This document shows, in pieces, positions 38,689 through 48,373 of a stretch of 64,000 bases of DNA (positions within the stretch are counted from its first letter, which is position 1; each line of letters opens with the position of its first letter). Under the pieces are notes generated by a model, which searched no databases, was not told the DNA's origin, and was given only the letters and a program-made list of their open reading frames with translations. This DNA is from Cyanobacteria bacterium auto_48_18 (GTDB lineage: Bacteria > Cyanobacteriota > Vampirovibrionia > Obscuribacterales > Obscuribacteraceae), in contig JAVHQC010000011.1 in NCBI GenBank assembly GCA_036170915.1, positions 96,001 through 160,000 on the forward strand, given 5' to 3'. The translations under genes were made by a program, and so were the position numbers.

Positions 38689-39369
38689 TTAAAACTCGCT
38701 ATCACCTAGTGGTGCATTTCCACTCTGACCGTACTGCGGCTCCTGATAATTGTTTTGTGAACCATAGTTGGCATCAACGTTTTGCCCTTGCGGCTGGCCA
38801 ATTAAGTTACCGCTGCTGTTACCGTAACTTACAGCTTGTTGCCCATAAGAAGCAACTACGTTTTGTGGAGGAGGTGAAGACGAGTGCGGTAACATGGGGT
38901 TGTAAGGCAGCCTTTCGTTCAATTCTATTTTAATATTGGCCACAACTTTAAGCTGCCCACCAGGAAGGTTGTTGGCAAAAAATGTGTGTTGAGTGCGCCC
39001 GACAAAGTATTTCTCGTCACCATGAGACTCAATCACGCCTTCATAAAGGTCGCCAGAAGTGCGGTATGTGCCGTTAGGGTTCTGGTAGATGACGTTGCCT
39101 CGCATTTGAATGCCGTCGCGTATATCTGCAGGTACGGGGCACCACTGCATCCACTGGGCTTTCATGCCGTTGACAGAAATTTGAATATGTTCCCGGCCAA
39201 AGAGCCACGGCCCTGAATATGATTTGGCGGCAGCGTTAAGGTCGAAGTAGTGTTTGCCCGTACTGGCGTCAGCACGTAAAAGCGTGTCTGTAGAACTGGC
39301 ATAGTGAGCCTCTTGCTGGCGCGGCAGCTCTGTGTAATTGTCGTCTTTGATTTCAGCAGTGAGTTGCAT
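38689..39369 (-). CDS. Hypothetical protein
   Basis: GAGG RBS before ATG 39369; beta-rich core and Q/N/G-rich tail. Confidence 0.65.
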   Translation of the reverse strand: MQLTAEIKDDNYTELPRQQEAHYASSTDTLLRADASTGKHYFDLNAAAKSYSGPWLFGREHIQISVNGMKAQWMQWCPVPADIRDGIQMRGNVIYQNPNGTYRTSGDLYEGVIESHGDEKYFVGRTQHTFFANNLPGGQLKVVANIKIELNERLPYNPMLPHSSSPPPQNVVASYGQQAVSYGNSSGNLIGQPQGQNVDANYGSQNNYQEPQYGQSGNAPLGDSEF

Positions 39370-39379
39370 TGTTTCAGCC

Positions 39380-40630
39380 TCACTGATGAGTTTTGGTTTT
39401 AGCTGTTGCACCGAAAACATGCAGATGTTTGCGCGCCATGGCATCGCTTTCACTGTCTTTTTTCAATTCTTTCAGCACGTCGGAGTAAATGCGCGGCATC
39501 TCATAGAGTTGCTTTCTATCTGCAACAGATAGAGTTTCATATGCAGGCAAAAGATCCTTAAGTAGTTTTTCCGCTTCTGTTTGTCTGGCATGTCGCCTGA
39601 GGAAATGCGCATATTCAATTGTGCATTCAATGGTTTTGATTTTTGCGTCACGATGATTTTGGTTGGCCGCCGACAGTGTGGCTTGATAAAGTTTTTCCGC
39701 CTCGCCGGCTTTGCCGGTTTGATCAAGGCTGCGGGCCAGATTTAACTGATGCACAAAGGTGTCGGGATGATTCTCGCCTTTAAGCTTATTGTGCAAAATC
39801 AGTGCTTTTTTATAGGCATCAATGGCGGCATCATGGGTATTTTCTTCGGCATGGCAGAGACCAAGATAATGGTATGACTTAATTTGCCCTGGAATATCAT
39901 TGAGAGTGGAATAGACAGCCAGAGCCTGTTTGAAGTAATCCACAGCTTCTTTGTTGTAATTATGTTGATAGAACATGGCGCCAAGGTTAAAGAGATCTTG
40001 GGCTGTTTCTTTGTTGTTCTTTCCCAGGGCATTTTGATCGAGGGTGAGAGCTTCGAGGTAGAGCACCTTAGCTTCTTCAATGCGCTTCATTTCAGTATAA
40101 AGATTGGCCAGATTGGTCAAGGTGGTGGCTAGTGATGTCGAATTTTGTGCCTGACGTTTGCTACCAATGGTTTGCTTGTAGAGGCTCTCGGCTTCTGCGT
40201 CTTTGCCCAATTTGTGAGCGATTAAGGCTAAATTGCCACGGGTCTCAAAAACTTTGTCGCTGGCAGGCCCTAGCAACTTTTCTCTTATGGCCAATGCTCT
40301 CGCCAAATCATCATGAGCTTCTGCGTAGCGTTTTTGTTTTATATAAAGGTGCGTCTTAGAGTTGAGAGTCTCAGCCAGGTGAAGCTCGTCTTTTTCTTTT
40401 AGAGCTTGAGCCGCTGCAGCTGCCCAGTGGTTTTCAGCCTCGCTAAAACTACCTTGCAAAAATAGAGATTCGGCTTGAGTTTCTTCTTCTTGCCACTTAG
40501 CTCCTGGCGCTGAGCTGTCTTCAGCCAGTGCCAAGTGAGACGTAACTATGAAACTGCAAAGTAGTAGCGATAAGCATGGCAAAAACTTGTATCTTTTGCC
40601 TGTCTGTCGGGCAACAATAGAATTCAGCAA
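39380..40630 (-). CDS. Secreted TPR protein (kinesin-light-chain-like 42-aa TPRs)
   Basis: LARALAIREKLLG, LATTLTNLANLY, GENHPDT. Confidence 0.88.
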   Translation of the reverse strand: MLNSIVARQTGKRYKFLPCLSLLLCSFIVTSHLALAEDSSAPGAKWQEEETQAESLFLQGSFSEAENHWAAAAAQALKEKDELHLAETLNSKTHLYIKQKRYAEAHDDLARALAIREKLLGPASDKVFETRGNLALIAHKLGKDAEAESLYKQTIGSKRQAQNSTSLATTLTNLANLYTEMKRIEEAKVLYLEALTLDQNALGKNNKETAQDLFNLGAMFYQHNYNKEAVDYFKQALAVYSTLNDIPGQIKSYHYLGLCHAEENTHDAAIDAYKKALILHNKLKGENHPDTFVHQLNLARSLDQTGKAGEAEKLYQATLSAANQNHRDAKIKTIECTIEYAHFLRRHARQTEAEKLLKDLLPAYETLSVADRKQLYEMPRIYSDVLKELKKDSESDAMARKHLHVFGATAKTKTHQ

Positions 40631-40757
40631 CGGGCTGCTCCTGAAGCGGCGGCGGTTCGTCGGATGTTAACAGTAGAGTAGGCCATTGAGGTCTAGCTGG
40701 TCAATTGACAAACTTGGGCATGGTACCATATATAGATATGGTGAGGCGGAAAGGCAA

Positions 40758-41162
40758 TTGTCGGAAAAAGACCAGAGCACTCCAGATTTACTCAGCGAAA
40801 GCAGGCGCTCTGCCGGTTTCCCTTCGCCTGCCGACGACTACCTTGAGTTAAAGCTGGATCTCAACAGCTTGCTAATTAAGCACAGAGAGGCCACGTTTTT
40901 TTTACGAGTTGAAGGTGATTCCATGATTGGTGCTGGCATTCACAGCGGCGATTTGATTATTGTCGATCGTGCTCTTCAGGCTCAGCACAAAAAAGTAGTT
41001 GTTGCTGTTTTAGATGGCGAATTGCTCATCCGTCGGCTGTCGTTGCAAGGCAGCGAAGTAAGTTTATTGGCAGAAAATAGCAATTATCCGGCCATTGTTG
41101 TGTCAGAATCAACCGCCTTTGAGATCTGGGGCACTGTCACAAATGTCATTCACGAGCTTTGA
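40758..41162 (+). CDS. umuD: UmuD-like S24 peptidase-fold protein
   Basis: [34 protein letters not shown]; directly upstream of umuC. Start uncertain. Confidence 0.92.
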   Translation: MSEKDQSTPDLLSESRRSAGFPSPADDYLELKLDLNSLLIKHREATFFLRVEGDSMIGAGIHSGDLIIVDRALQAQHKKVVVAVLDGELLIRRLSLQGSEVSLLAENSNYPAIVVSESTAFEIWGTVTNVIHEL

Positions 41163-41176
41163 AAAGGGATGAATAC

Positions 41177-42460
41177 ATGGTTGAAGCCGAAAGATTCGCC
41201 CTGATTGACTGCAACAACTTTTACGTTTCATGTGAAAGACTTTTTAATCCGAAGCTTGAAGGTCGGCCTGTAGTCGTGCTTTCTAACAACGATGGCTGTG
41301 TGGTCTCGCGATCAAGTGAGGCTAAAGAACTGGGAGTAAAGATGGGGGTGCCTCTTTTTAAGATCGCCGATCTGGTGAAGCAAAAAGGCATCGTTACCCT
41401 GTCGTCAAATTATGCGCTATACGGTGACCTTTCTGAACGCATCATGAGCATTTTGAGAAATTTTAGCCCCTCACAAGAAATTTATTCCATTGACGAATGT
41501 TTCCTAGATTTTAGCGGAGTTAGTGATCGCATAGCTCATGGCCGGCAGATTCGTCAGTGTATCAAGCAGCAAGTCGGGGTGCCTGTTTGTGTCGGCATCG
41601 CCGAGACAAAAACCCTGGCTAAGCTAGCCAATGCTACCGCTAAGAAACGCACTGAATGCGGTGGCGTCTTTGATATTTCAGCTTTAAGTCAGACAGAGCG
41701 ACTCGCGCTTTTTGCCGCCACGCCGGTGGGCGACGTATGGGGTATCGGGCGCAAGCTGGTGGAGCGCTTAGAAAATATTGGCATCAAAACGGTAAAAGAC
41801 TTTCACGACAGCGATTTAGAAAAAATGAAAGAGCTTTTTAGTGTTGTTGTCGAACGCACTGTGCGCGAGCTGCGGGGCCAATCGTGTCTTTCAATGACCG
41901 AAATCGCGCCGGTACGAAAACAAATTCTTTCATCGCGTTCGTTTGGCACATATGTTTATGAGCTCAGTGATCTGGAACAAGCGGTAGCCACGTATATGGC
42001 TACGGCAGCCTTAAAACTTCGCACTGACGAGTCTCTGGCTGGTGCCTTGCAAGTATTTATTAAAACCAACCGCTTTGCCGCTCCTGAAGACCTCTATTCG
42101 CAGACTGCCACGGTCACTTTAAAAACTCCTACCGATGATTCCATTCAACTGGTTAAAGCGGCCATTACTGCTCTTCGGCAGATATATAGAAAGGGATACG
42201 CTTATCAGAAAGCCGGTGTCTGCTTACTTGATCTCAGCTCAATCAATGAACGCCAACTGTCACTTTTTCAATCGGAAGCTTCAGTCAGCCGCTCAGAGAA
42301 AATTATGAAACTGATGGATGCTACCAATTCCACCATGGGTCGCGGCACTCTTTATTTAGCCGCAGAAGGACAAAATCACAGCTGGCAAATCAAAAGCAAT
42401 TTTAAGAGCCCAGAATATACAACCAGCTGGAAAGAATTGCCTGTTGCTCATGCCAAATAA
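41177..42460 (+). CDS. umuC: Y-family DNA polymerase V subunit
   Basis: [34 protein letters not shown]-terminal SPEYTT.W.ELP. Confidence 0.95.
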   Translation: MVEAERFALIDCNNFYVSCERLFNPKLEGRPVVVLSNNDGCVVSRSSEAKELGVKMGVPLFKIADLVKQKGIVTLSSNYALYGDLSERIMSILRNFSPSQEIYSIDECFLDFSGVSDRIAHGRQIRQCIKQQVGVPVCVGIAETKTLAKLANATAKKRTECGGVFDISALSQTERLALFAATPVGDVWGIGRKLVERLENIGIKTVKDFHDSDLEKMKELFSVVVERTVRELRGQSCLSMTEIAPVRKQILSSRSFGTYVYELSDLEQAVATYMATAALKLRTDESLAGALQVFIKTNRFAAPEDLYSQTATVTLKTPTDDSIQLVKAAITALRQIYRKGYAYQKAGVCLLDLSSINERQLSLFQSEASVSRSEKIMKLMDATNSTMGRGTLYLAAEGQNHSWQIKSNFKSPEYTTSWKELPVAHAK

Positions 42461-42529
42461 CTATATAGAACTGCGCTGAGCTGCTAAAGTACTGGCAAAC
42501 AGGAGACTGGCAAACGGGGGACCACTTCA

Positions 42530-43630
42530 ATGCAGAATCAACAACTTGCGCCCGCCACCAGGCAGTCACCAGTAACCTTAGTTTTAATAGGCGTATTTTT
42601 GCTCGCCAATTGCGTCCTTGCCTACTGGTTTGCGTCGCCTTATCTGGCAGTAGACTCGTTGAGAAAAGCAGCCGAGGCCGGCGACGCCACCAAACTGGCC
42701 AGACTTATGGATGTCCCTTCAGTCAAGAATAGTCTGGCATCGCTGCAAGATTCTGCCATTATAGACATGGCGCTGAGCCCCAAAGGCATTGCTAATCTCT
42801 TCAGTTGCAGCAACCTGGTTTCTGGCAATGAGAACATGGCAGGAGACAAAGCAAATGTAGATGCGGCCACCGGCATGCAAACCATTGGTGTGGCACCAGA
42901 AGTCGAGCCGAATACAATTGATTCGAGTAGTTATGATTCGCTTGATCAATTTGTCTCTCACCATGAGCAAAAGTTTTCCGGACAAGGCGTAACTTTTGTT
43001 TTAAAACGCTCAGGATTATTTTCATGGCAACTGGCGTCGATTCAGTTTCAAGCACCGCAGACAGTGCACACGCCTGTGTTTTTTGTAGGTTACTTGTATG
43101 ATGAAACACCTGAAGGCATCAAAGACGTTCAACTTTATGACAGACTTTTGGCCATTAATAATGCGCCGGTGGTCGACTATCCTACAGCTGTGCAGCAGTT
43201 CAAGTCGTCTGGTAATTCAGCTGAGATTGCTGTTTTGAGAAACGGTGAGGTCAAGACTTTTAGAGTCAGTAAAAATGCTGGGCAAAAATTTGGTTTTGTC
43301 TTAAGTGGTTTTGTCGGTCGGCCGTTACCTGAAGTACTGGCAACACCAGCAGCCCTTGATGTTAATGCCCTGATTGACTTAATGAAGCAGCAAAGCCCAT
43401 CAGCTGCTGCAGCTCTGGTGCAGCAAGGACAAATGATTCTCTTACAGCCGCAAACGCAAATACTACGTGGGCAGGCAAAGAACATTCCCATTGACGCTAA
43501 TAATGGCGTGGCGGTAATGCAAGGCCGATTAGTGGAAGGCCCTGTAGTGGCCGGTGCAGGTGGTGTACCCGGACGCACTTATTGGATGCTGCTTTCCAAC
43601 TTTCCTGAAATTGCGCCGCCAGCTAAATAG
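42530..43630 (+). CDS. DUF2939-like plus PDZ-like membrane protein
   Basis: ASPYLAVDSLRKAAEAGDATKLA..D.PSV (DUF2939-like); DRLLAINNAPV..VLRNGE (PDZ-like). Confidence 0.6.
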   Translation: MQNQQLAPATRQSPVTLVLIGVFLLANCVLAYWFASPYLAVDSLRKAAEAGDATKLARLMDVPSVKNSLASLQDSAIIDMALSPKGIANLFSCSNLVSGNENMAGDKANVDAATGMQTIGVAPEVEPNTIDSSSYDSLDQFVSHHEQKFSGQGVTFVLKRSGLFSWQLASIQFQAPQTVHTPVFFVGYLYDETPEGIKDVQLYDRLLAINNAPVVDYPTAVQQFKSSGNSAEIAVLRNGEVKTFRVSKNAGQKFGFVLSGFVGRPLPEVLATPAALDVNALIDLMKQQSPSAAAALVQQGQMILLQPQTQILRGQAKNIPIDANNGVAVMQGRLVEGPVVAGAGGVPGRTYWMLLSNFPEIAPPAK

Positions 43631-44429
43631 GGCCGTAGGCGCCTGATGCGGTTTGACTGAGCCTTGTGTTTTCGTTCTCTTCTACTTTGTCAGAGGCAAA
43701 AGCGTCGGGCAGTATTTCGGTGACGGTAATTGTCTGAGAAAATTGGTGGGTAGGCTGAGTCGCAATTGCTTCAGGCAATGCAGTGGTTTCATCGGTCGCA
43801 TGTTGAGCGATGACTAATTCACTGGCAATGGCTTCACTTACAACAGCTTCGCTGGAGACTGCTTCACTCGAGACTGCTTGCTTAACAGTTTTAGTTACCG
43901 TTGCAAGTTTTAACTGAGCAATTGTATTTGTGGGAACTTTATTTATTTTAGTAGCCACCATCTGTGGTGCCCATGGGCTCTTTTTACGCATTGTTTGAGC
44001 TAGTTCACTCAGTACTTTTTTGCCTGCATAGCAAACTACGTTGCCAATGCCTGATATAGATAACCTGTCTGCTGCGGCTTTGGAAAGATCAATCACACGT
44101 TGTCCTATATAAGGTCCGCGATCAGTTACTACCACTTCTACTTTTTTGCCGTTTTGCGGATTGAAAACAAGAAGCTTAGTGCCAAAGGGCAATGTCTTGT
44201 GAGCGCAGGTCAGTTTGTTCATATCATAAGTAGTGCCTGAAGCCGTTCTACGACCATGAAAACTTCCGCCATACCAGGAGGCGATGCCACCGAAAAGTTT
44301 TTCGATATCGTTATTAGCGCATGCTTGGGTGGCCAATACAGGATTTGCCAGACTGCAAATAACAATGAAAAGGGCTACCGCTGTGCGCGCAAAAGTGCGG
44401 CAAACTCTGCTGTTTAACATATGAGTCAT
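43623..44429 (-). CDS. rlpA: RlpA-family DPBB lytic transglycosylase
   Basis: ASWYG..FHGRRTASG, AHKTLPFGT, DRGPY..RVIDLS. Confidence 0.92.
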   Translation of the reverse strand: MTHMLNSRVCRTFARTAVALFIVICSLANPVLATQACANNDIEKLFGGIASWYGGSFHGRRTASGTTYDMNKLTCAHKTLPFGTKLLVFNPQNGKKVEVVVTDRGPYIGQRVIDLSKAAADRLSISGIGNVVCYAGKKVLSELAQTMRKKSPWAPQMVATKINKVPTNTIAQLKLATVTKTVKQAVSSEAVSSEAVVSEAIASELVIAQHATDETTALPEAIATQPTHQFSQTITVTEILPDAFASDKVEENENTRLSQTASGAYGPI

Positions 44430-44593
44430 TACTATTCCTTCAAATGTTCGCCACCTCCGGCATCGGATAGACGCGGAAAATACGCTGTTGCGTACTCACG
44501 CACTATTGCAAGATGCAGCCGGTGGCTTGCTCAGGTGCCTGACAGAGCGTCAGGCACAACAGCTGTATAGCTGTTTTTCTGTCGCCTACTTAC

Positions 44594-44618
44594 GACAAAT
44601 AAACATGCGCTGGGTTCC
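44594..44618 (-). promoter_or_regulatory. ECF-sigma-type promoter (GGAAC-N17-GTC)
   Basis: Minus strand GGAACCCAGCGCATGTTTATTTGTC about 165 nt upstream of rlpA. Confidence 0.45.
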
Positions 44619-44644
44619 TGATTGTAAATTAATCGTGCTTAAGG

Positions 44645-45754
44645 CTAAGCGGGGCCCAGAGTCTGAGATTCATACAATTGTTCGAGTATTTCACGCACTT
44701 CATCATTGCTAAGATGCGGATGAATAGGCAATGACACGGTGCTTTTACTCAGTTCGGCCGCTAGTGGGCAAGAGAGCGCTTCCTGGTCGTTTAGTTTGTC
44801 CACTGGAACGATACATTCCACACAAGCTTCTTTTAGATGCAAAATCACTGCGTGCGCTTGCTGTGTTTGTAATATGGCCGCCTGACGAACCGGCGTAACG
44901 TCATCATCAGATGATTCTAAAATGGCGTAGCCAGTGTCTTTATAGGCGTCAAAAATATCTTCACGCCTTGCCAAAAGCTTTGGCAACTTTTCCAACTGCA
45001 CTCGGCCGATCGCCGCTTGAATATCAGTCAATTGGAAATTGAAATTGAAGTTGAGACCATTGTTGTCATGATCACGGTAAAGGCGGGCTTTGTTGATAAG
45101 TTCCAGATCTTTTGAAACCAGCATGCCACCCTGGCCGCCACAGGTGATTATTTCTCCGGCTGCAAAAGAGTAGACAGCCATGTTTGATGCCAGACCTACA
45201 TGCGCACCCTTTACTTTGGCACCAAGTGCCTGAGTGCAATCTTCAATTATGTGTTTGTCTGCCATTGGTTTTAGCACTAGGGGCATACCAAACATGTGGG
45301 CGACAAAGACAATTTCTGCTTTCGCTTTAGCTGCCGCATCGAGGTCTATGTTGGCGGTGCCGGCTTTGATGTCTACTGTAATGGCTTGTGCTTTGGCTAA
45401 AGCAACAGCTTTGCGCAAGCCGGTTGAATAAGCGGGAATTGCCACAGTTTTACCTTCAGCACCAAGCACCATCAGTGCCAGAAATCGTGCCGCTGTTCCA
45501 CTTGAAAGTGCCAGTGCATGCCCTTCCGGCAAACCCAGAAATCGGCAAAAATCATACTCGAACTTACTTACTTCGGCGCCGCTGCCGACAAAACCGCCGT
45601 GAATAACTTTGGCTGCTGCTTGTTCTTCCTGGCGCCCCATTGTCGCTTTGCTGTGGGCAATGACGTATGTAGGTGCCTCAGGGGGCTTAGCCTTGACGAC
45701 TTTGACACCGCTCTTGCTGGGTTTAATTTTTTTCTTTTTGCGCAACGGTTTCAT
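44645..45754 (-). CDS. DegT/DnrJ/EryC1/StrS aminotransferase homolog (PLP lysine replaced)
   Basis: SSGTAA, HMFG.P, IIEDC.QALGA, DIQAAIG, SLPIHP; Lys-rich N-terminus from ATG 45754. Confidence 0.85.
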   Translation of the reverse strand: MKPLRKKKKIKPSKSGVKVVKAKPPEAPTYVIAHSKATMGRQEEQAAAKVIHGGFVGSGAEVSKFEYDFCRFLGLPEGHALALSSGTAARFLALMVLGAEGKTVAIPAYSTGLRKAVALAKAQAITVDIKAGTANIDLDAAAKAKAEIVFVAHMFGMPLVLKPMADKHIIEDCTQALGAKVKGAHVGLASNMAVYSFAAGEIITCGGQGGMLVSKDLELINKARLYRDHDNNGLNFNFNFQLTDIQAAIGRVQLEKLPKLLARREDIFDAYKDTGYAILESSDDDVTPVRQAAILQTQQAHAVILHLKEACVECIVPVDKLNDQEALSCPLAAELSKSTVSLPIHPHLSNDEVREILEQLYESQTLGPA

Positions 45755-45848
45755 GCCGTTGACTATAGCGCATTTGCAATTATTAGAGTAATTGATTCGG
45801 CGATAGGTCAAGTCGGGCTATAAGGGTGACTACCACGACTTTTACTGC

Positions 45849-45912
45849 CTAAGAAATTTTACAACCCATAAGTTGTAGTTTCGTACAACCTACAAGTTGT
45901 AAAAATTCTTAG
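45849..45912. repeat. 64-bp inverted-repeat element containing two TACAAC-N6-GTTGTA palindromes
   Basis: Terminal arms match at 16/17 positions; palindromes at 45860-45877 and 45884-45901. Confidence 0.7.
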
Positions 45913-45929
45913 CCTTTTAATTCGCACGC

Positions 45930-45953
45930 TCCTAACTTCCTAACTTCCTAACT
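45930..45953. repeat. TCCTAACT x3 tandem repeat
   Basis: Three exact 8-mers. Confidence 0.8.
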
Positions 45954-45978
45954 CAGCGCAGCAAATAGCGAAAATTGC

Positions 45979-47130
45979 TCAGTTAACAGCAGCATGCGCC
46001 ATAGTCATAATCTCATCGAGCCTTTTGCTGTGAGTGGGATCACTCAGTCGCGAATTAGTGAGATAGCTAAACGAAACGCCGCTTAACGGATCCGCAAACG
46101 TATAAGATGTGCCCACGCCACCATGTCCAAAAGTAACCGGTGAAGCGGTGCTACCGAGGCCTCTTATGGTAGGCGTAGTGCCGCGCACGTGCACCCCTAG
46201 GCCCCGGTGCATCGGGCTACCGAAAAACTGATCAGGGCGGTCGCCGGTATGGTTTCTGGTGGCATAGCGCACCATATCAGGTGACAGCAAGCGCACACCT
46301 CTAAAGGTGCCATTAGCCAGCAACATTTGATAGAAGAGTGCCAGATCACTAGCGGTGGCATAACCACCTGCACCGGGCATGCCTGATGCGTAAAATTCTG
46401 CTTTGTCGAAATCAATCGAGCGTTGGTGCTCGTCGGCAGCAACACATTCGTAAGCACCAGCCACTCGACTGGTAACTTGCGGAGGAACGCCGACAAAAAA
46501 ATCTTTCAACTGTAAGGCTTGAAGAATTTCGCCATTGATAAAAGTTCGAAAATCGCAGCCTGCGATCACTTCTATTAATAGAGCTTGCACCCAGTGTGAT
46601 GCGTATGAATGATATGAAACCTGCGTTCCTGGCTGATCGTCAAGTTTAAAATCACAGATCGATTCTCTTAAAAGAGCCTTATCACTCCAGGCCGCCTCCG
46701 GTACATTGGCATTGGGAAAACCGCTTTGATGCGTGAGTAGATGATAGACAGTGACGTTTTCTTTGCCGTGACGAGCAAACTCAGGTATATAGAATGCCAC
46801 TGGAGTATGCAAACTCAGGCTGCCGCGCTCCGCTAAAATCCAGAGGGCGCAAGAAGTGACAGGCTTTGTCTGCGAATAGAGCAGCCATAGAGTGTCGCTA
46901 TTGGCTGCTTTAGCTGCCTGACCGTCTTCTGATAGTCTGGCCTGGCCAAAAGTTGCGGCTGTGACGACCTCACCATGACGGGCCAGGGCTACTGCTGCAC
47001 CCGGATATAAACTAGCAGCCACGTCGGCCTCAATGCGAGCATAAAGTCTTTTCACCATCGGGCCGTCGATGGCGAAATCCTTCAGCCTTGATTCATCTAT
47101 AACAATTTTGCTCTCGTCTGTTTTTAGCAT
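45979..47130 (-). CDS. Serine hydrolase, beta-lactamase/class C-like family
   Basis: SxxK (YSQTKP), LLTHQSG, FGHGG.G. Confidence 0.88.
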   Translation of the reverse strand: MLKTDESKIVIDESRLKDFAIDGPMVKRLYARIEADVAASLYPGAAVALARHGEVVTAATFGQARLSEDGQAAKAANSDTLWLLYSQTKPVTSCALWILAERGSLSLHTPVAFYIPEFARHGKENVTVYHLLTHQSGFPNANVPEAAWSDKALLRESICDFKLDDQPGTQVSYHSYASHWVQALLIEVIAGCDFRTFINGEILQALQLKDFFVGVPPQVTSRVAGAYECVAADEHQRSIDFDKAEFYASGMPGAGGYATASDLALFYQMLLANGTFRGVRLLSPDMVRYATRNHTGDRPDQFFGSPMHRGLGVHVRGTTPTIRGLGSTASPVTFGHGGVGTSYTFADPLSGVSFSYLTNSRLSDPTHSKRLDEIMTMAHAAVN

Positions 47131-47162
47131 CGTTTGATTTTATCAGCGTCAAGAAAGACGTG

Positions 47163-47194
47163 TCACGTCTTTTTCACGCCACGGCTGTTAATTT
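47163..47194 (+). promoter_or_regulatory. Direct-repeat box TCACG-N6-TCACG plus -10
   Basis: TCACGTCTTTTTCACG, then 10 nt, then TAATTT; 15/16 identical to 62014-62029. Confidence 0.55.
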
Positions 47195-47230
47195 CATCAA
47201 GCTTAACGGCATTACCAGGATAACAATCAT

Positions 47231-48337
47231 TTGAGCAGACACAGTGCCCCAGAGTCGGTAGAAAGCCGACGCCATCAACCAGATGTTGCAAGCAATGACG
47301 CTTTGCAGCCTTACCGCCTTGATGGTGGCGTCACTCGTCTTAGTACCGGTTTCAATTTGCCGAGAGATGGCAAAATTGAAATACCTAGTCTTTGGCAGCC
47401 AAACAACACCGATTTTAAGCCGGGCAATGAGAGCCCGCGTCTTTCACCTGATGTAAAACCGGCTAGCAGTGAGCACACAGTTAAGCCAAAAGACTCGCTA
47501 TGGAAAATAGCCAAAGACGCGCTGAGTGATGCCGGTGATGGTGCCGCTTCGGCGCCTCAAATAGCACAGAAAGTGCAAGCTATTATTCAAGCCAACAAAG
47601 GTGAGTATCCTAGTCTGGCTCGCTTTCCTAATGAAATTAAGCCTGGTATGAAGTTGCAAATTCCAGGCCAGGAAGCCCCAGGAGAAGAGCGCAGTCAGCG
47701 CGTTCGTCCTGAAAAAGTTGAGCCGGAGAAAACCGCCGGTGAGCGCAGGCGTGATGGTCGTGACAGTCGTGAAGGTCGTAATGGTCGTGATGAGCGTGCT
47801 GCTGACGGTGATCTGTCCACTAAGCGCGGCAAAACTCGCGATGTAAAGCCAGCACAAGATGGTGACGATAAAACTGCGCAGGAAGGCGACGGCGGTCGTT
47901 TGGCCAAGGCTTTGAAAAAATTTGGACAAGATATTGCTGATACAGCCATTGAAGTGGCTCGCAGTCTGGGCACTAAAGGGAACTGTGCCAAAGGGCCACG
48001 CCTGACCTTCGGAGAGTACGGCTTTAAGCTGCCGCCGGCTATTGCTACCCGTCAGGGTCGCATGATTGAGCAGAGCGGCCTCTTTGAGGAAGTGTCACGT
48101 GAAGACGCCCGACCTGGTGATTATGGTGTACGTGATTGGAACAGTCGAGTGGCCAGGCGGCATGGAGTCAATAAAGGTGATTCTTTCATCGTTACTAATG
48201 TCAGTGCTAATGGTTCTTTAAGAGGTGCCAACGATCACACTTTCAACGTTCCTGAAGACGGCGGTCGCTATCGCAACTTGAAGTTCTATCGTCCAACAGT
48301 TGAATTTTTCAAAAAATATGGCCCCGGTAGTTTTTGA
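47231..48337 (+). CDS. LysM-domain protein with C-terminal CHAP/NlpC-like domain
   Basis: HTVKPKDSLWKIA..IKPGMKLQIP (LysM); GNCAKG..RPGDYGV; AGGA RBS with TTG start; no signal peptide. Confidence 0.72.
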   Translation: MSRHSAPESVESRRHQPDVASNDALQPYRLDGGVTRLSTGFNLPRDGKIEIPSLWQPNNTDFKPGNESPRLSPDVKPASSEHTVKPKDSLWKIAKDALSDAGDGAASAPQIAQKVQAIIQANKGEYPSLARFPNEIKPGMKLQIPGQEAPGEERSQRVRPEKVEPEKTAGERRRDGRDSREGRNGRDERAADGDLSTKRGKTRDVKPAQDGDDKTAQEGDGGRLAKALKKFGQDIADTAIEVARSLGTKGNCAKGPRLTFGEYGFKLPPAIATRQGRMIEQSGLFEEVSREDARPGDYGVRDWNSRVARRHGVNKGDSFIVTNVSANGSLRGANDHTFNVPEDGGRYRNLKFYRPTVEFFKKYGPGSF

Positions 48338-48373
48338 TTTTGTACTAAAATAGCTCGGTTGACCGAGGAATTT

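Noticed and set aside
40686..40760. LexA/SOS box upstream of umuD
   Set aside because: TTGACA is present, but I found no convincing match to E. coli, Gram-positive or cyanobacterial LexA boxes.
45860..45901. Tandem palindromes as NrdR or BlaI boxes
   Set aside because: Core and spacing match neither consensus well; no nrd gene is adjacent, and the site lies downstream of the beta-lactamase-like gene.
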